Part shown: one piece after another, positions 1-11,915 of the stretch
How positions within the stretch are numbered: position 1 is the stretch's first letter
How the letters are laid out: every line of letters begins with the position of its first letter
NCBI GenBank assembly: GCA_963749915.1
Contig: CAVVOP010000008.1
Span: 672,001-736,000, forward strand
Direction of reading: 5' to 3'
DNA from: an uncultured cyanobacterium
GTDB lineage: Bacteria > Cyanobacteriota > Cyanobacteriia > Cyanobacteriales > Cyanobacteriaceae
DNA length: 64,000 nt
Made by a program: the position numbers and the translations under genes
The notes under the pieces: generated by a model
Told to the model about the DNA's origin: nothing
Databases searched by the model: none
The model's input: only the letters and a program-made list of their open reading frames with translations

Positions 1-1
1 G

Positions 2-244
2 AAGGCACTAGAATTTGTTTTGGAACGATACAACCTTATGGGAGTTTTAGACGAATTTGAAACTTTTATTACAAAACTTAAGAATCAAGCTCAGTTTAAA
101 GAGGAATATGAAAATCAGAGAGTCAACGTTACAAAAGATCGACCATCTATTAATAATATTTCACCATCTACCATCAGAAAACTTGAAGAAGTAAACTTCC
201 TTGATGTGGCTTTCTACAAGAAAATCACAGAAATAATTTGCTGA
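2..244 (+). CDS. 3' end of a CDS entering the window, possibly sulfotransferase-family
   Basis: Frame open from position 2 to TGA at 244. The C-terminus (RVNVT...LEEVNFLDVAFY) resembles sulfotransferase-family tails. Confidence 0.35.
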   Translation, partial: KALEFVLERYNLMGVLDEFETFITKLKNQAQFKEEYENQRVNVTKDRPSINNISPSTIRKLEEVNFLDVAFYKKITEIIC

Positions 245-261
245 TTTTAGCTTAAATGTCA

Positions 262-512
262 AAAGAAGCCCCACGCCGTAAACACGACAAAAAAACAACT
301 AGGTTTCGGCGTGGGATGCAATACTACTCGGTTAAGCTGAAAAACTTGATCAAATGAGAAGTGTGGGGAGTGTGAGGAGTGTGGGAAGTATGGGATTTTT
401 CTTCCCCATCTTCCCTATCCTTGTCACAACACATAATTATTCAAATCCCTCGCAGTATTGGGGATGGTCAAAGTGTAAGACAAGACATGATCGGGATATA
501 AATGCGGCAATG
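262..512 (+). mobile_element. IS200/IS605 right-end hairpin and TnpB C-terminal remnant, interrupted by a MITE
   Basis: Hairpin CCACGCCG...CGGCGTGG (about 271-314). Downstream peptide KCKTRHDRDINAA matches the TnpB zinc-ribbon/RuvC-III tail. Confidence 0.55.
319..460. mobile_element. 142-bp MITE with CAATAC...GTATTG ends and 6-bp flanking direct repeat
   Basis: Starts CAATACTACTCGG, ends GCAGTATTG. GGGATG flanks it at 313-318 and 461-466. Internal 9-bp tandem repeats (GAGTGTGGG-like). Confidence 0.6.
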
Positions 513-958
513 GAACTGAAGCCAGTAATAATAACTCTCGGTTCGATAACGCTATAAATATTGATCATCTTCTTATTGATCTGGTAATCATCACTATTTG
601 TGCTGTGATTTGTGGTGCCAATAATTGGGTGGAAATTGAAAATTATGGTCACGCTAAAAAAGAATGGTTACTCTGTTTTAAGATGCGTTTGCCCTGTGGT
701 GTGAAGAAGTAATCGTGCTATTAAGTTAAGAATGAAGTAAAATTTCCTCTATGGGGTTTTTTGGACAAAGCCCCGGAAAGAAAGTTGGAATAAGGGGTTA
801 AAAAAAGGTCGGAGATCCATATGAGGCATATATTTGAGTAAATTCCTAAACTACTGCATTGATATCGATAGCGGAAAGAGCTTTACGTCATGCCGCGATT
901 GTCCGTGTGAATCAGTTATGGAAAAAGAACATCTGAGGTAAGTTCTCCATCATCACTA

Positions 959-1699
959 ATGAAAAAAGACAAGTCAATTAAATACTACCAAGAAAAAAGA
1001 AAAGCGTATAAAAAGAAGAAATCTCATCGATTCTATAAAAAATTGATAAATTTACTTCTAATGATTACTCTTAGTTTTTTAGGTGGTTTTATGGTTGCAC
1101 AAGGGCAAAAATTTGAGCCTTATCAAAACAAGCCTAAACAAGATTCAGAAGAAGAGGTTCTTGAGAGCAAGAATACTAATCTAGTAGTATCTCCTCAAGA
1201 AGAAGTGGTTGAATCAAATCCTGAAAAATTAGATCAAGACGTTAAGGTTATAGGCATTGAAAAAAATAGTCCTGAATTTCGGCAGAAGGTAGCCGACATT
1301 GCTGCTCGCCTCGAAACTCAACCTATTTTCCTCATGGCAGTAATGAGTTTCGAAACAGCAGGCACTTTCAGTCCCTCAATTCCAAATTTTGCACGAAGTG
1401 GTGCCACTGGATTAATTCAATTTATGCCTGAGACGGCTAGAAATTTGGGCACTAGCACCGAATCTTTAGCAAAAATGACTGCTTTAGAACAATTAGACTT
1501 CGTAGAGAAATATTTCTTGCCCTATAAAGGCAGACTTAACACTTTGGAAGATGTCTATATGGCTGTTCTCTATCCCAAGGCGATTGGTAAGGCTGATGAA
1601 TACGTTCTCTTTAAAAATCCTTCTATTGACTATAGGCAAAATAGTGGATTAGATCTTAATAAAGATGGGTTAATTCGGGTTAATGAAGTAACTAAGTAA
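959..1699 (+). CDS. Membrane-anchored lytic transglycosylase (SLT/lysozyme-like) domain protein
   Basis: Basic N-terminus plus TM helix, catalytic-like MSFET, GATGLIQFMP motif, C-terminal DLNKDG EF-hand-like loop. Confidence 0.75.
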   Translation: MKKDKSIKYYQEKRKAYKKKKSHRFYKKLINLLLMITLSFLGGFMVAQGQKFEPYQNKPKQDSEEEVLESKNTNLVVSPQEEVVESNPEKLDQDVKVIGIEKNSPEFRQKVADIAARLETQPIFLMAVMSFETAGTFSPSIPNFARSGATGLIQFMPETARNLGTSTESLAKMTALEQLDFVEKYFLPYKGRLNTLEDVYMAVLYPKAIGKADEYVLFKNPSIDYRQNSGLDLNKDGLIRVNEVTK

Positions 1700-1782
1700 C
1701 TTAAAACAATTTAATGTATCGAAATCTTCAAGGGGAGAATAGAGGTTTCAGGTGTCATGAGAGTCACCCAACCAAGATGAAT

Positions 1783-1828
1783 TCACCCTAGATTTAGCTT
1801 CTTCGGGCAGAAGCTAAATCTAGGGTGA
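1783..1828. repeat. Perfect 20-bp inverted repeat with 6-nt loop
   Basis: TCACCCTAGATTTAGCTTCT (1783-1802) pairs with AGAAGCTAAATCTAGGGTGA (1809-1828). Confidence 0.9.
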
Positions 1829-1947
1829 GGGAAAAGTCAAAAGGAGGCAGGATATGGGAGACTGCCTCCTGCCTTGCTCGAGGATCTGTGTAGTATCTTA
1901 GCCAGATATCTGTTCTATTGCCTGTTACCTTTTTTTATTGCTCATTT

Positions 1948-4900
1948 TTAAAAATAATCCTGTAAAGCCTTGACCTGTAGAGGTTCTGACTGAAGCGATC
2001 GAATTGCTTCCACTGTCGCCTTGGCACCAGCGATGGTGGTAATAATCGGTAACTTATAGTCTAAAGCCGATCGACGAATTTTACGCCCGTCAGTTTGGGA
2101 TTCTTCCTCACTGCTGGGGGTGTTGATGATAAATTGAATTTGGTTATTTTTTATGGCATCAACCACATGGGGTCGTCCTTGGTGTAATTTTAAGACTAAT
2201 TCTACATTTTTCACTCCGTGTTCGTTCAGCACTTTTTTCGTCCCTTCTGTGGCTGCGATCTTAAATCCTAACCCCACCAAGTCTTTGGCTACAGGGACGA
2301 TCGCCTTTTTATCTCTGTTATTCATGGAAATAAACACCGTACCAGAAGTATGCACAATTACTCCTGCACCTATCTCAGCTTTAGCGAAGGCTTTACCAAA
2401 ATCACTGTCTATACCCATAACTTCTCCTGTGCTACGCATTTCAGGACCAAGTAAGGTATCTGTACCAGCAAATTTATTAAAAGGTAAGACAGCCTCTTTA
2501 ACGGCGACGTGTTTCGGGATAATTTCCTCTGTAGCTCCTAATTCCTCTAAGGTTTTACCTGACATCACTAAAGAAGCTATTTTTGCCAGTGGTCTTCCTA
2601 TGGCTTTAGAGACGAAAGGAACAGTACGAGATGCACGGGGATTGGCTTCTAAGATATAAGCGGTATCTCCTTGTACCGCGTATTGGATGTTCATTAAACC
2701 CACTACTTTTAAAGATTGAGCTAATTTTTCCGTCCAGGTGCGTAAGGTGAGTAAAATGTTATCAGAAAGAGTAATATAGGGAATTGAACAAGCAGAATCC
2801 CCGGAGTGTACTCCTGCTTCTTCGATGTGTTCCATAATGCCGCCGATTACCACTTTTCCTGTCATGTCACAGATAGCGTCAACATCAACCTCAATGGCAT
2901 TTTCAAGGAATTTGTCGATTAAGATGGGGTGATCGGGTTCAATATCCACAGCATATCTCATATACTGTTCTAGTTCAGCATCGTTATAGACAATACGCAT
3001 ACCACGCCCACCAAGAACATAGGAAGGACGCACCACTACAGGATAACCAATTTTGTTAGAAACTATCCTGGATTCTTGAAAACTCCTAGCGATACCATTG
3101 GGAGGTTGTTTGATATCTAAATCGTATAAAATCGCTTCGAATTTTTCTCTATCTTCCGCAATATCAATGGAGTCGGGAGACGTTCCCCAAATTTTAGTAC
3201 TAACGATTACATTAGGATCAGCGAGATAGTTTTTCAAGGGGACAGCTAATTTAAGGGGTGTTTGTCCTCCAAATTGGATAATTATGCCTTCGGGGTTTTC
3301 CGCTTCGATGATGTTTAATACGTCTTCTTTGGTTAAGGGTTCAAAGTAAAGGCGATCGCTGGTATCATAATCCGTAGATACGGTTTCGGGATTAGAGTTA
3401 ACCATGATAGTTTGAAAACCTGCATCTTGCAGAGAGAAAGAGGCATGACAACAACAATAGTCAAATTCTATACCTTGTCCGATACGGTTGGGTCCTCCGC
3501 CTAAAATCATTACTTTCCTTTTATCGCTGGGGATACTTTCATTTTCCCCTGCTTCGTAGGTCGAGTAATAATAAGGGGTAAAGGCTTCAAATTCGGCGGC
3601 ACAAGTATCAACTAATTTATAGATGGGTAATATTTTTAAGGATTTTCGGTAAGTTCTGACTTCATCCTCTGTAGTTTTGGTCGCAAAGGCAATTTGGCGA
3701 TCGCTAAAACCATGTTGTTTAATCAAACGCATTTCTGGTGCACTAATCTGTTTTAAAGCAGTGCGTCTCATAAACTTCTCAATTTCCAAGATTTCCCGCA
3801 TTTTATCCAAAAACCAAGGATCGATGGCCGTTAATTCGTAAATTTGGTCAACACTCATACCTAATCTCAAGGCATGATAAATGCTAAAAATTCTTTCGGG
3901 GGTGGGAGTGCGTAATTGAGAGCTAATTTGGGATAACGTGGGTAAAGTCTCGTTACGATCGCAACCAAAGCCAAAACGTCCAGTTTCAAGAGATCTTAAG
4001 GCTTTTTGGAAAGATTCGGCAAAAGTACGCCCGATAGCCATTGCTTCCCCTACAGACTTCATTTGCGTAGTTAATACAGGGGATGATCCAGGGAACTTTT
4101 CAAAGGCAAAACGGGGTATCTTAGTTACAACATAGTCGATAGTAGGCTCAAAAGAGGCAGGAGTTTTCTGAGTAATATCGTTAGAAATCTCATCCAAAGA
4201 GTACCCCACAGCTAACTTAGCCGCAAATTTGGCGATGGGAAAACCAGTAGCCTTAGAAGCCAAGGCGGAAGATCGAGATACACGAGGATTCATTTCAATT
4301 ACAATTACGTCTCCATTAACAGGATTAACGGAAAACTGAATATTAGATCCACCAGTTTCCACCCCGATCTCCCGAATAATAGCCTTAGAATAATCCCTTA
4401 GCCGTTGATATTCTTTATCTGTAAGGGTTTGAGCCGGGGCAACGGTAATAGAATCTCCCGTGTGTACCCCCATAGGATCGATATTTTCAATGGAACAGAT
4501 AATAACCACATTATCCGCCATATCTCGCATAACCTCCAACTCATATTCCTTCCAACCGATGAGGGATTTTTCTACCAGAATTTGGGACATGGGAGAAGCG
4601 TCAATGCCAAATTTCGCCATATCCTCATATTCTTCCTGGTTGTAGGCAATACCCCCCCCAGTCCCACCCATAGTAAAGGCGGGACGTATAATCAGAGGAT
4701 AGGAACCGATTTCCTCAGCCACAGCTTTAGCCTCATCCCAGTTATTGGCAATACCGGAAGGGCACACGGGGACACCAATTCTCGCCATCGCTTCCTTAAA
4801 TAACTCCCTATCTTCCGCCATTCTAATGGCAGGTAATTTAGCACCAATTAACTCGACACCATATTTATTCAATACTCCCGACTCGGCTAGGGATACCGCA

Positions 4901-5193
4901 GTGTTAAGGGCAGTTTGTCCTCCCATTGTTGGTAAAAGTGCGTCAGGTCTTTCCTTAGCGATGACTTTCTCAACTATTTCGGGGGTAATAGGTTCAATAT
5001 AGGTACGCTCTGCCGTCCCAGGATCGGTCATAATGGTAGCAGGGTTAGAGTTAACCAAAACTACTTGATAGCCTTCTTCTCGTAGTGCTTTACAGGCTTG
5101 AGTCCCAGAATAGTCAAATTCACAGGCTTGTCCAATAATAATGGGACCTGAACCTAAAATAAGTATTTTGTTGATATCGTCACGACGTGGCAT
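1948..5193 (-). CDS. carB: Carbamoyl-phosphate synthase large subunit
   Basis: 1081 aa. [30 protein letters not shown] start, duplicated ATP-grasp domains, C-terminal MGS domain. Confidence 0.99.
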   Translation of the reverse strand: MPRRDDINKILILGSGPIIIGQACEFDYSGTQACKALREEGYQVVLVNSNPATIMTDPGTAERTYIEPITPEIVEKVIAKERPDALLPTMGGQTALNTAVSLAESGVLNKYGVELIGAKLPAIRMAEDRELFKEAMARIGVPVCPSGIANNWDEAKAVAEEIGSYPLIIRPAFTMGGTGGGIAYNQEEYEDMAKFGIDASPMSQILVEKSLIGWKEYELEVMRDMADNVVIICSIENIDPMGVHTGDSITVAPAQTLTDKEYQRLRDYSKAIIREIGVETGGSNIQFSVNPVNGDVIVIEMNPRVSRSSALASKATGFPIAKFAAKLAVGYSLDEISNDITQKTPASFEPTIDYVVTKIPRFAFEKFPGSSPVLTTQMKSVGEAMAIGRTFAESFQKALRSLETGRFGFGCDRNETLPTLSQISSQLRTPTPERIFSIYHALRLGMSVDQIYELTAIDPWFLDKMREILEIEKFMRRTALKQISAPEMRLIKQHGFSDRQIAFATKTTEDEVRTYRKSLKILPIYKLVDTCAAEFEAFTPYYYSTYEAGENESIPSDKRKVMILGGGPNRIGQGIEFDYCCCHASFSLQDAGFQTIMVNSNPETVSTDYDTSDRLYFEPLTKEDVLNIIEAENPEGIIIQFGGQTPLKLAVPLKNYLADPNVIVSTKIWGTSPDSIDIAEDREKFEAILYDLDIKQPPNGIARSFQESRIVSNKIGYPVVVRPSYVLGGRGMRIVYNDAELEQYMRYAVDIEPDHPILIDKFLENAIEVDVDAICDMTGKVVIGGIMEHIEEAGVHSGDSACSIPYITLSDNILLTLRTWTEKLAQSLKVVGLMNIQYAVQGDTAYILEANPRASRTVPFVSKAIGRPLAKIASLVMSGKTLEELGATEEIIPKHVAVKEAVLPFNKFAGTDTLLGPEMRSTGEVMGIDSDFGKAFAKAEIGAGVIVHTSGTVFISMNNRDKKAIVPVAKDLVGLGFKIAATEGTKKVLNEHGVKNVELVLKLHQGRPHVVDAIKNNQIQFIINTPSSEEESQTDGRKIRRSALDYKLPIITTIAGAKATVEAIRSLQSEPLQVKALQDYF

Positions 5194-5555
5194 AGATTTA
5201 TCGCTTTAAGTTTAGAGTGTACATCGATCAAACCTGAGTTCGGAGTTCGGGGTTCGAAAGTTAGATATATGGGAGTCAGAAATCAGAATTAAAACCTTGA
5301 TTACAAAAAAGATATAGATTATTAGAATCTTCTGATAATTATAACTGCCGCTATAATCAACACTTGTCCCTATAATTTTTAATTCTTGAGGTCCCAAACT
5401 TAGGTGATCGTGATTATTGTAATCTAATCAGTAAATAAATTCTGCATTGGTTTATCTAGTTTTGTTGACACTTATTATTTTTCACTTATTACCACTTATT
5501 ATTCTCATTAGTACTTAAGGGATTATAATATAAGCTATTTAACCCTATTAATCGG

Positions 5556-6989
5556 ATGACAAAACCTCTATTTTGTATTTGGAACAAGGAATCAGTTACT
5601 CTGATGGAAAGTAACCGAACCTTAGCCATTGAGAATCTAAATTTAATATCAGAGAAAATCATTCCCATTTTTGATGAAGCGACCCAAACCGCAGCTCATT
5701 GTTTAAATATACCTGTGTGTTGTTTAGGAATTTTACTAGAGAAAGAATATAAACTTAAATCTGCCTATGGTTTATCTAATTTGGGGTTGATGAATGATTT
5801 GGCAAAAACAAGAAAAATCGACCGCCAAAATGCTTTTGCAACCCATGTCATTGATAGTGGTAACTCTTTACTCATCGACAACACTTTAAGTGATCCTTTT
5901 TTTGGGCAAAGTCTTCTCACTCAACACTATGGCATCATCTCCTATTTAGGTGTGCCCTTAACCATCTCCAGTGGCATCTGTATCGGTTGTTTAGAAGTGA
6001 TTGATACAAAACCTCGACAATTTACCCCTACGGATATTAATTTTCTCATGATCACTGCTCGTTGGTGTATAGCAGAATACGAACGCAACGAATTAACCAC
6101 TAAAAAAGAGATAAATTCTGAGTCCAATAAAAATGATCAGGATATTAACCAAAATAGGTTAACAGTTGATTTTAAAGATACAACCTCTTCTACTTCCATT
6201 ATCAAAGATCAAAAAAATAAATATAATAATTCTGAGCAATATATCCGACAATTAAGTTTTCAACTGTTGAATAAATTAGCCCATAAGCTATCTATTCCTT
6301 TAACTTCGGTCATTGGAATGTCCAGTGTTCTCAAACAGGAAATTTACGGAAAACTTAACCCCAAACAACTAGAATATTTAGAAATTATCCACGATAGCGG
6401 TCAGGAAATGACTACTTTAATCAATGAAATTACTAAATTAGCTAGTATTAAAACCGAAGTTAACCTCGAATTTGTACCTGTAGATTTAGAAAATTTAGCC
6501 ACGCAAGTCATTAAAAATTTAGAAACCGTTGCTCGTAATCGTGAACATACTTTAAGATTATCTATTGAACCTGGCGAAAAAGTTTGGAATTTAGATCGAG
6601 AAAAAGTCAAAAAAACTTTATATTATCTTCTTATTACTATTATTGAAGGTTCAAGGGCAGGGGGAGAAATACAAATACACATATCTCACCGATTCCAAAG
6701 GCTCAAAATTAATTGTTGGGTAAATCATCCTTGGTTGGGGGATGGAATTTCTTTCGAGAAAATTAGTAGTTATGAGCAGGCTTTGAAAAGTAATACTAAA
6801 CTTGCTCAAATCTTAGAAGATAATGAGGGCATAGACCCCAATTTAGCTATTCAAAATTACTATGATTATGATTTAATTTGCTTATTATTTAGTGCTTATT
6901 TAGCACATCTTCAGAAGGGTAGTATCTCTTTGCACGGTTCAGCCGAATCCACCTATCGTTTTGTGATTTTTATCCCTCTTCCCCACTAA
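5556..6989 (+). CDS. GAF-domain sensor histidine kinase-like protein (degenerate)
   Basis: N-terminal GAF (YLGVPL...IGCLEVIDTKPRQF), HisKA-like AHKLSIPLTSVIG, divergent HATPase-like C-terminus. Confidence 0.8.
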   Translation: MTKPLFCIWNKESVTLMESNRTLAIENLNLISEKIIPIFDEATQTAAHCLNIPVCCLGILLEKEYKLKSAYGLSNLGLMNDLAKTRKIDRQNAFATHVIDSGNSLLIDNTLSDPFFGQSLLTQHYGIISYLGVPLTISSGICIGCLEVIDTKPRQFTPTDINFLMITARWCIAEYERNELTTKKEINSESNKNDQDINQNRLTVDFKDTTSSTSIIKDQKNKYNNSEQYIRQLSFQLLNKLAHKLSIPLTSVIGMSSVLKQEIYGKLNPKQLEYLEIIHDSGQEMTTLINEITKLASIKTEVNLEFVPVDLENLATQVIKNLETVARNREHTLRLSIEPGEKVWNLDREKVKKTLYYLLITIIEGSRAGGEIQIHISHRFQRLKINCWVNHPWLGDGISFEKISSYEQALKSNTKLAQILEDNEGIDPNLAIQNYYDYDLICLLFSAYLAHLQKGSISLHGSAESTYRFVIFIPLPH

Positions 6990-7031
6990 AATTAATGGTA
7001 GTGAACAAGTAATTTATTTAAGTCCTGTTTG

Positions 7032-7805
7032 TTAAACTTCTTCAGCACTGACTAAACTTTTCATTTTTGTAATACCTTTTTTGACCCGTCGGGAAACAGT
7101 AATCACACTAATGCCCAATTTTTCTGCGGTTTCTTTTTGGGTTAAATCTTGTAGGAAAACAAATTCTAGTACTTTACGGGTACCTTCTTCTAGTTGACAT
7201 AAAGCATTATTTAATCTTATTTTATCTTCTTGTACTAGCTGAAAACTATGATATTGATTGTCTGGTAAACAATCTACTAGACTATTTTGATCCTCTTCTG
7301 GGTTGGCGGTAGCGTCTAGGCTGATGGGTTCTCTATTTTGATGTGCTAATTTTACCTCATTCCATTCTACTAATGATACCCCTAATTCTCTGGCAATTTC
7401 TGTATCGGTGGGTTGACGATTAAGTTTGTTTCTTAAATTTGTGACAATACGGTTGGATTTGTTTTTCAATTCTAAACAACGACGGGGAATACGAATTGAA
7501 TCACTTTTATCTCTCAAATAGTGTTGAATTTCACCTTTAATATAAGAGATGGCGAAAGAACTAAAAGCAAAACCTTTTTCCGGATCAAATCTTTCAATGG
7601 AACGAATTAAGCCCATACATCCCACCTGTAATAAATCATCATAGTTTTCTTGACACTGATGGATCCAGTGAGATACTTCTTTTCTGACTAGGCCTAAGTT
7701 TAGTTCCAAAATTTGATTGCGGATTTTGAGATCCTGATTTTGCCGATAAAGAACGAATAACCTCTTATTTTCAGCTTTATATTCGGAAGCAGTTTTGTTG
7801 GACAT
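7032..7805 (-). CDS. sigF: RNA polymerase sigma factor SigF (group 3)
   Basis: DLLQVGCMGLIRSIERFDP, YIKGEIQHYLRDK, region 4 LTQKETAEKLGISVITVSRR. Confidence 0.92.
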   Translation of the reverse strand: MSNKTASEYKAENKRLFVLYRQNQDLKIRNQILELNLGLVRKEVSHWIHQCQENYDDLLQVGCMGLIRSIERFDPEKGFAFSSFAISYIKGEIQHYLRDKSDSIRIPRRCLELKNKSNRIVTNLRNKLNRQPTDTEIARELGVSLVEWNEVKLAHQNREPISLDATANPEEDQNSLVDCLPDNQYHSFQLVQEDKIRLNNALCQLEEGTRKVLEFVFLQDLTQKETAEKLGISVITVSRRVKKGITKMKSLVSAEEV

Positions 7806-8111
7806 AATATTAGATTCCTATTTGACTACTAATAAGACCGATTAATTTTATTAAACTATTCCTTTAAGAAATATTGATTTTTCATAAAGTTTTCGTTTTC
7901 TATACTTCCCTATTCTATTTGACGAATTAAGAGGAAAACAACGGGATATTTACGGTATTTTTATGTTTATTTTCTGATAATTTCCTTATTTATACGTAAC
8001 TCCTAAGTATGGAAAAAACCTCTCGTAGGTAGATAAAATCATTGATAGATTTACTACTTAGTTATATTTTCTGTTGTGTTCTGTCCCTTGTCTAACTACT
8101 TGATTAATTTA

Positions 8112-8564
8112 TTAGCTGATTACAAACCTCGCTCTCCCCGATGGCGATTTTTCTAGTTCTTTTTCCAAGTTTTCCAAGTCTTCAGCGAATAACTCTCCAT
8201 TTGCCTGATGATTAAATCCAAAGGCAAAAGATTTTTCCGAATAACGACGAAAGTACTCCCGATAGGCAGTGACAGCTTGCTGTAATTCCCTGACTAAAAA
8301 AAATTCCCCCCTCAAACCCAGTTCTCTTTCAACATTTTCTTCAAATTCTTCCCAATCATCGCCTTCTGGTTCTCCACCGAACTCTTCTTCAATGATTTCC
8401 GTTAACTCCTCTTCGTTACTAGTCATGGGTACGGCGAGGAAATTTACCGTCTCCAACGAATCTTTTAAGGACTCAAAAAGTTCAAAACTCTTTGAGAGTA
8501 AATTGCTTTCATATTCACTTGGGGGGTTATTTTGGTAAAATCGAATTCTCAGTTGTTGTGACAT
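8112..8564 (-). CDS. Hypothetical acidic protein
   Basis: 150-aa ORF with natural composition; no family recognised. Confidence 0.6.
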   Translation of the reverse strand: MSQQLRIRFYQNNPPSEYESNLLSKSFELFESLKDSLETVNFLAVPMTSNEEELTEIIEEEFGGEPEGDDWEEFEENVERELGLRGEFFLVRELQQAVTAYREYFRRYSEKSFAFGFNHQANGELFAEDLENLEKELEKSPSGRARFVIS

Positions 8565-8692
8565 TAATCAACTCCATTGACAAAGTTATGGGTAACGAAG
8601 TGAGTATATTTTCCCGTTCATGCTAACTCATTGATGACATTTTGTTGAAAAAGACTAATAATTGATCACAGATAACCAATAAATTAGATAAG

Positions 8693-11323
8693 ATGCAGCC
8701 AACTGACCCAAATAAGTTCACTGAAATTGCCTGGGATGCTATTGTGCGATCCCAGGAGATTTGTCGTAATTTAAAAAATCAAAATTTAGAAGTAGAACAT
8801 CTAATTCTAGCTTTGTTAGAAGAAAATACCATCGCCACAAAAATTTTCAGCCAAGCTAACATTGATTTAACTAGGTTAGATAAACAGTTACAGACATTTG
8901 CCGCCCGTCAACCGAGAATGTTTAGTGTCGAACAGTTATACTTGGGGCGCAGTTTGGATTTAATGTTGGATAGGGCCGAAAATTGTCGAGAAAGTTGGCA
9001 AGATGAGTTTGTTGGCATATCTCATTTATTAGTTGCCTTTGCCGAAGATCAAAGAATTGGCAAGAAAACCTTGCGTAGTTTTAACCTCGATCCTCAAGAC
9101 TTCGAGATCAAAGTCAAAGATTTTAAGATGTTGATCGAGAAAACCGAAGCTGAATCCACAGAAACCTCAGAAAGCACTGAAAAAGAGCCTCCTTTAATAA
9201 AATTTGGTCGAGATTTAACGGAAGAAGCCAAAGCTGGGAAATTAGATCCCGTTATCGGGAGGGATGATGAAGTTAGACGTGTTATTCAAGTATTGTCAAG
9301 GCGTTCTAAAAATAATCCCGTCTTAATTGGTGAACCCGGGGTAGGTAAAACTGCCATCGCAGAAGGATTAGCCCAAAGAATCGTTAACGGAGATGTGCCA
9401 GAATCATTGAAAAACCGTCAGTTAATTTCCCTTGATATGGGGAGTTTAATCGCTGGGGCAAAATATCGAGGACAATTTGAGGAAAGATTGCGATCGGTCT
9501 TAAAAGAAGTGATCAACTCTGATGGGCAAATAATTCTATTTATTGATGAACTACATACAGTTGTCGGTGCCGGTTCGAGGGAAGGGGGGGCAATGGATGC
9601 CGGAAACTTGCTCAAGCCTTTATTAGCGAGGGGAGAATTACGTTGTATCGGTGCTAGTACCCTTGATGAATACCGTAAACATATCGAAAAGGATCCTGCC
9701 TTAGAAAGACGTTTTCAACAGGTGTATATTAAACAGCCTAGCGTCGAGGATACCATTTCTATTCTACGGGGATTAAAAGAACGTTATGAGGTGCATCATG
9801 GGGTAAAAATCACCGATTCAGCTTTAATTGCGGCGGCTACTCTTTCTCATCGTTATATTACGGGGCGTTTTCTTCCTGACAAAGCCATTGATTTAGTAGA
9901 TGAGGCAGCGGCTAAGTTGAAAATGGAGATCACCTCTAAACCCGTTGAATTAGAAGTCCTCGATCGCCGTTTGATGCAACTACAAATGGAACAATTATCT
10001 CTGCAAGGAGAGGAAAAAAATGATAAATCTGCCCAAGAAAATTTAGAACGCATCACCGCAGAAATTGATGATTTGCAGATAAAACAACGAGAATTATCCT
10101 CTCAGTGGCTAATAGAGAAGGAATTGCTTGATGAAATTCACGAGTTGAAAGAGGAAGAAAAAGAGCTAAGATTACAAGTCGAACAGGCAGAAAGAGCTTA
10201 TGATTTAAACACCGCCGCCCAATTAAAATATGGCAAATTAGAGACTCTACAGCATGATATTGAGGGTAAAGAAGCAAAATTACTCGAAATTCAATCACAG
10301 GAAAACGCTATGCTTAGGGAAGATGTCACCGACGCGGATATAGCGGAAATAGTAGCAGGATGGACTGGTATTCCTGTTAACCGACTGTTAGAAACAGAGC
10401 GTCAAAAATTACTGGAACTAGAGACCCATTTACATGAGCGAGTCATCGGGCAAACTGAAGCCGTAGCCATTGTTTCTGCTGCCATAAGAAGGGCTAGGGC
10501 TGGCATGAAAGATCCCGGTCGTCCCATCGGTTCATTCCTGTTTATGGGACCTACAGGGGTCGGAAAAACTGAATTAGCAAGGGCATTGGCGGCTTTTTTG
10601 TTCGACTCGGAAGAGGCAATGGTCAGAATAGATATGTCCGAGTACATGGAAAAACACGCAGTGTCAAGGTTAATTGGTGCACCTCCGGGGTATATCGGTT
10701 ACGAAGAAGGAGGGCAATTATCGGAAGCTATACGCCGTCGTCCTTATTCAGTGGTATTGTTAGATGAAGTGGAAAAAGCCCATCGAGATGTATTCAATCT
10801 CCTTCTGCAAGTGTTAGATGATGGCAGAATTACCGATAGTCAAGGGCGTGTTGTCGATTTTCGCAATACGATTATCGTCATGACTTCTAATATCGGCAGT
10901 GAGTATATTTTGAATTTAGCTGGGGATGATAAAAATTACGAACAGATGCGAGATAAAGTATTAGTTTCTTTACAAAAACATTTCCGTCCTGAATTCTTGA
11001 ACCGCATCGACGACTTAATCATCTTCCATGGCTTGAAAAAAGAAGAATTACGGGAGATTGTCAGTTTACAATTAATTAGACTACAAAAACTCTTAGCAGA
11101 GCAAAATATTACCATTGAATTAACCCCAGAGGCACAGGATTATATTGTCGATGTGGGTTACAACCCTACCTATGGTGCTCGTCCTTTAAAACGGGCAATA
11201 CAGAGGGAGTTGGAAAATCCTCTGGCCACAAAAATCCTAGAAACTACTTTCAGCGATGGGGATAAGGTGATGGTTAGTTTTGAAGACGATGGATTAGTGT
11301 TTAATAAAAGTTTGCATGACTAA
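8693..11323 (+). CDS. clpB: ATP-dependent chaperone ClpB
   Basis: Two AAA+ modules ([16 protein letters not shown]), coiled-coil M domain, cyanobacterial [10 protein letters not shown] start. Confidence 0.97.
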   Translation: MQPTDPNKFTEIAWDAIVRSQEICRNLKNQNLEVEHLILALLEENTIATKIFSQANIDLTRLDKQLQTFAARQPRMFSVEQLYLGRSLDLMLDRAENCRESWQDEFVGISHLLVAFAEDQRIGKKTLRSFNLDPQDFEIKVKDFKMLIEKTEAESTETSESTEKEPPLIKFGRDLTEEAKAGKLDPVIGRDDEVRRVIQVLSRRSKNNPVLIGEPGVGKTAIAEGLAQRIVNGDVPESLKNRQLISLDMGSLIAGAKYRGQFEERLRSVLKEVINSDGQIILFIDELHTVVGAGSREGGAMDAGNLLKPLLARGELRCIGASTLDEYRKHIEKDPALERRFQQVYIKQPSVEDTISILRGLKERYEVHHGVKITDSALIAAATLSHRYITGRFLPDKAIDLVDEAAAKLKMEITSKPVELEVLDRRLMQLQMEQLSLQGEEKNDKSAQENLERITAEIDDLQIKQRELSSQWLIEKELLDEIHELKEEEKELRLQVEQAERAYDLNTAAQLKYGKLETLQHDIEGKEAKLLEIQSQENAMLREDVTDADIAEIVAGWTGIPVNRLLETERQKLLELETHLHERVIGQTEAVAIVSAAIRRARAGMKDPGRPIGSFLFMGPTGVGKTELARALAAFLFDSEEAMVRIDMSEYMEKHAVSRLIGAPPGYIGYEEGGQLSEAIRRRPYSVVLLDEVEKAHRDVFNLLLQVLDDGRITDSQGRVVDFRNTIIVMTSNIGSEYILNLAGDDKNYEQMRDKVLVSLQKHFRPEFLNRIDDLIIFHGLKKEELREIVSLQLIRLQKLLAEQNITIELTPEAQDYIVDVGYNPTYGARPLKRAIQRELENPLATKILETTFSDGDKVMVSFEDDGLVFNKSLHD

Positions 11324-11344
11324 AGGTACAGTGACGACCCCCTC

Positions 11345-11574
11345 CTGACAAGGGTAGGTTTTTAACATTTGGGTGGAGACAAGACAAGGAAGACTGAAGA
11401 CAAGGAGACAAGGGAGATAGTACAAACGAAAAATGGTCTTTTCAGTCATTTGTGTAATATTTATAAACAAATATTTCTTAAAGAATTTCCCTCTCCCTTG
11501 TCCACTTTCCATCCTTGTCCACGCAAGTCTTCACCCTCACCAGAATGCCATTGTAAAAAACCTACCCCTGTGAG
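11345..11574. mobile_element. 230-bp MITE with imperfect TIRs and 11-bp target-site duplication
   Basis: Left end CTGACAAGGGTAGGTTTTT, right end AAAAACCTACCCCTGTGAG. ACGACCCCCTC at 11334-11344 and 11575-11585. Confidence 0.85.
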
Positions 11575-11593
11575 ACGACCCCCTCCCGCACCG

Positions 11594-11736
11594 CTGACAA
11601 GGGTAGGTTTTTAACATTTGGGTGGAGACAAGGATAGGGAAGAGGGGAAGAGAGGCTTGGATAATCCAAAATCCAAAATCCAAAATCCAAAATCCAAAAT
11701 TACCTAACCGAGAAATCTATTTTTGCAAGAGGTCTA
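11594..11736. repeat. Second copy of the same MITE left end, followed by a heptamer tandem repeat
   Basis: 11594-11632 is identical to 11345-11383 (39 bp). About 5 copies of AATCCAA at 11663-11700. Confidence 0.8.
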
Positions 11737-11915
11737 ATAAAGTGGGGACAAGCTATAACTATTAGAGCCGATTCGCTTATCCAATACTCAGGTTATTTCT
11801 AATGCCAGATTGCTCAGGAAAAATTAGCTTTTTTGCTCCATTTTGAATAGTACAAATCAACACCTTGAAAAGGCTGCTGTTGAGTGATGGCTTTTTCTTC
11901 AATTTCTCAAAGGGA

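Noticed and set aside
2153..5002. Antisense and alternate-frame ORFs overlapping carB (similar ones overlap clpB, ctaD, trmFO and others)
   Set aside because: Shadow frames of well-conserved genes with no independent motifs.
11294..11614. Short ORFs after clpB and a possible CRISPR-like repeat pair
   Set aside because: These are MITE sequence: only two direct copies about 250 bp apart, no spacer periodicity, and no cas genes.
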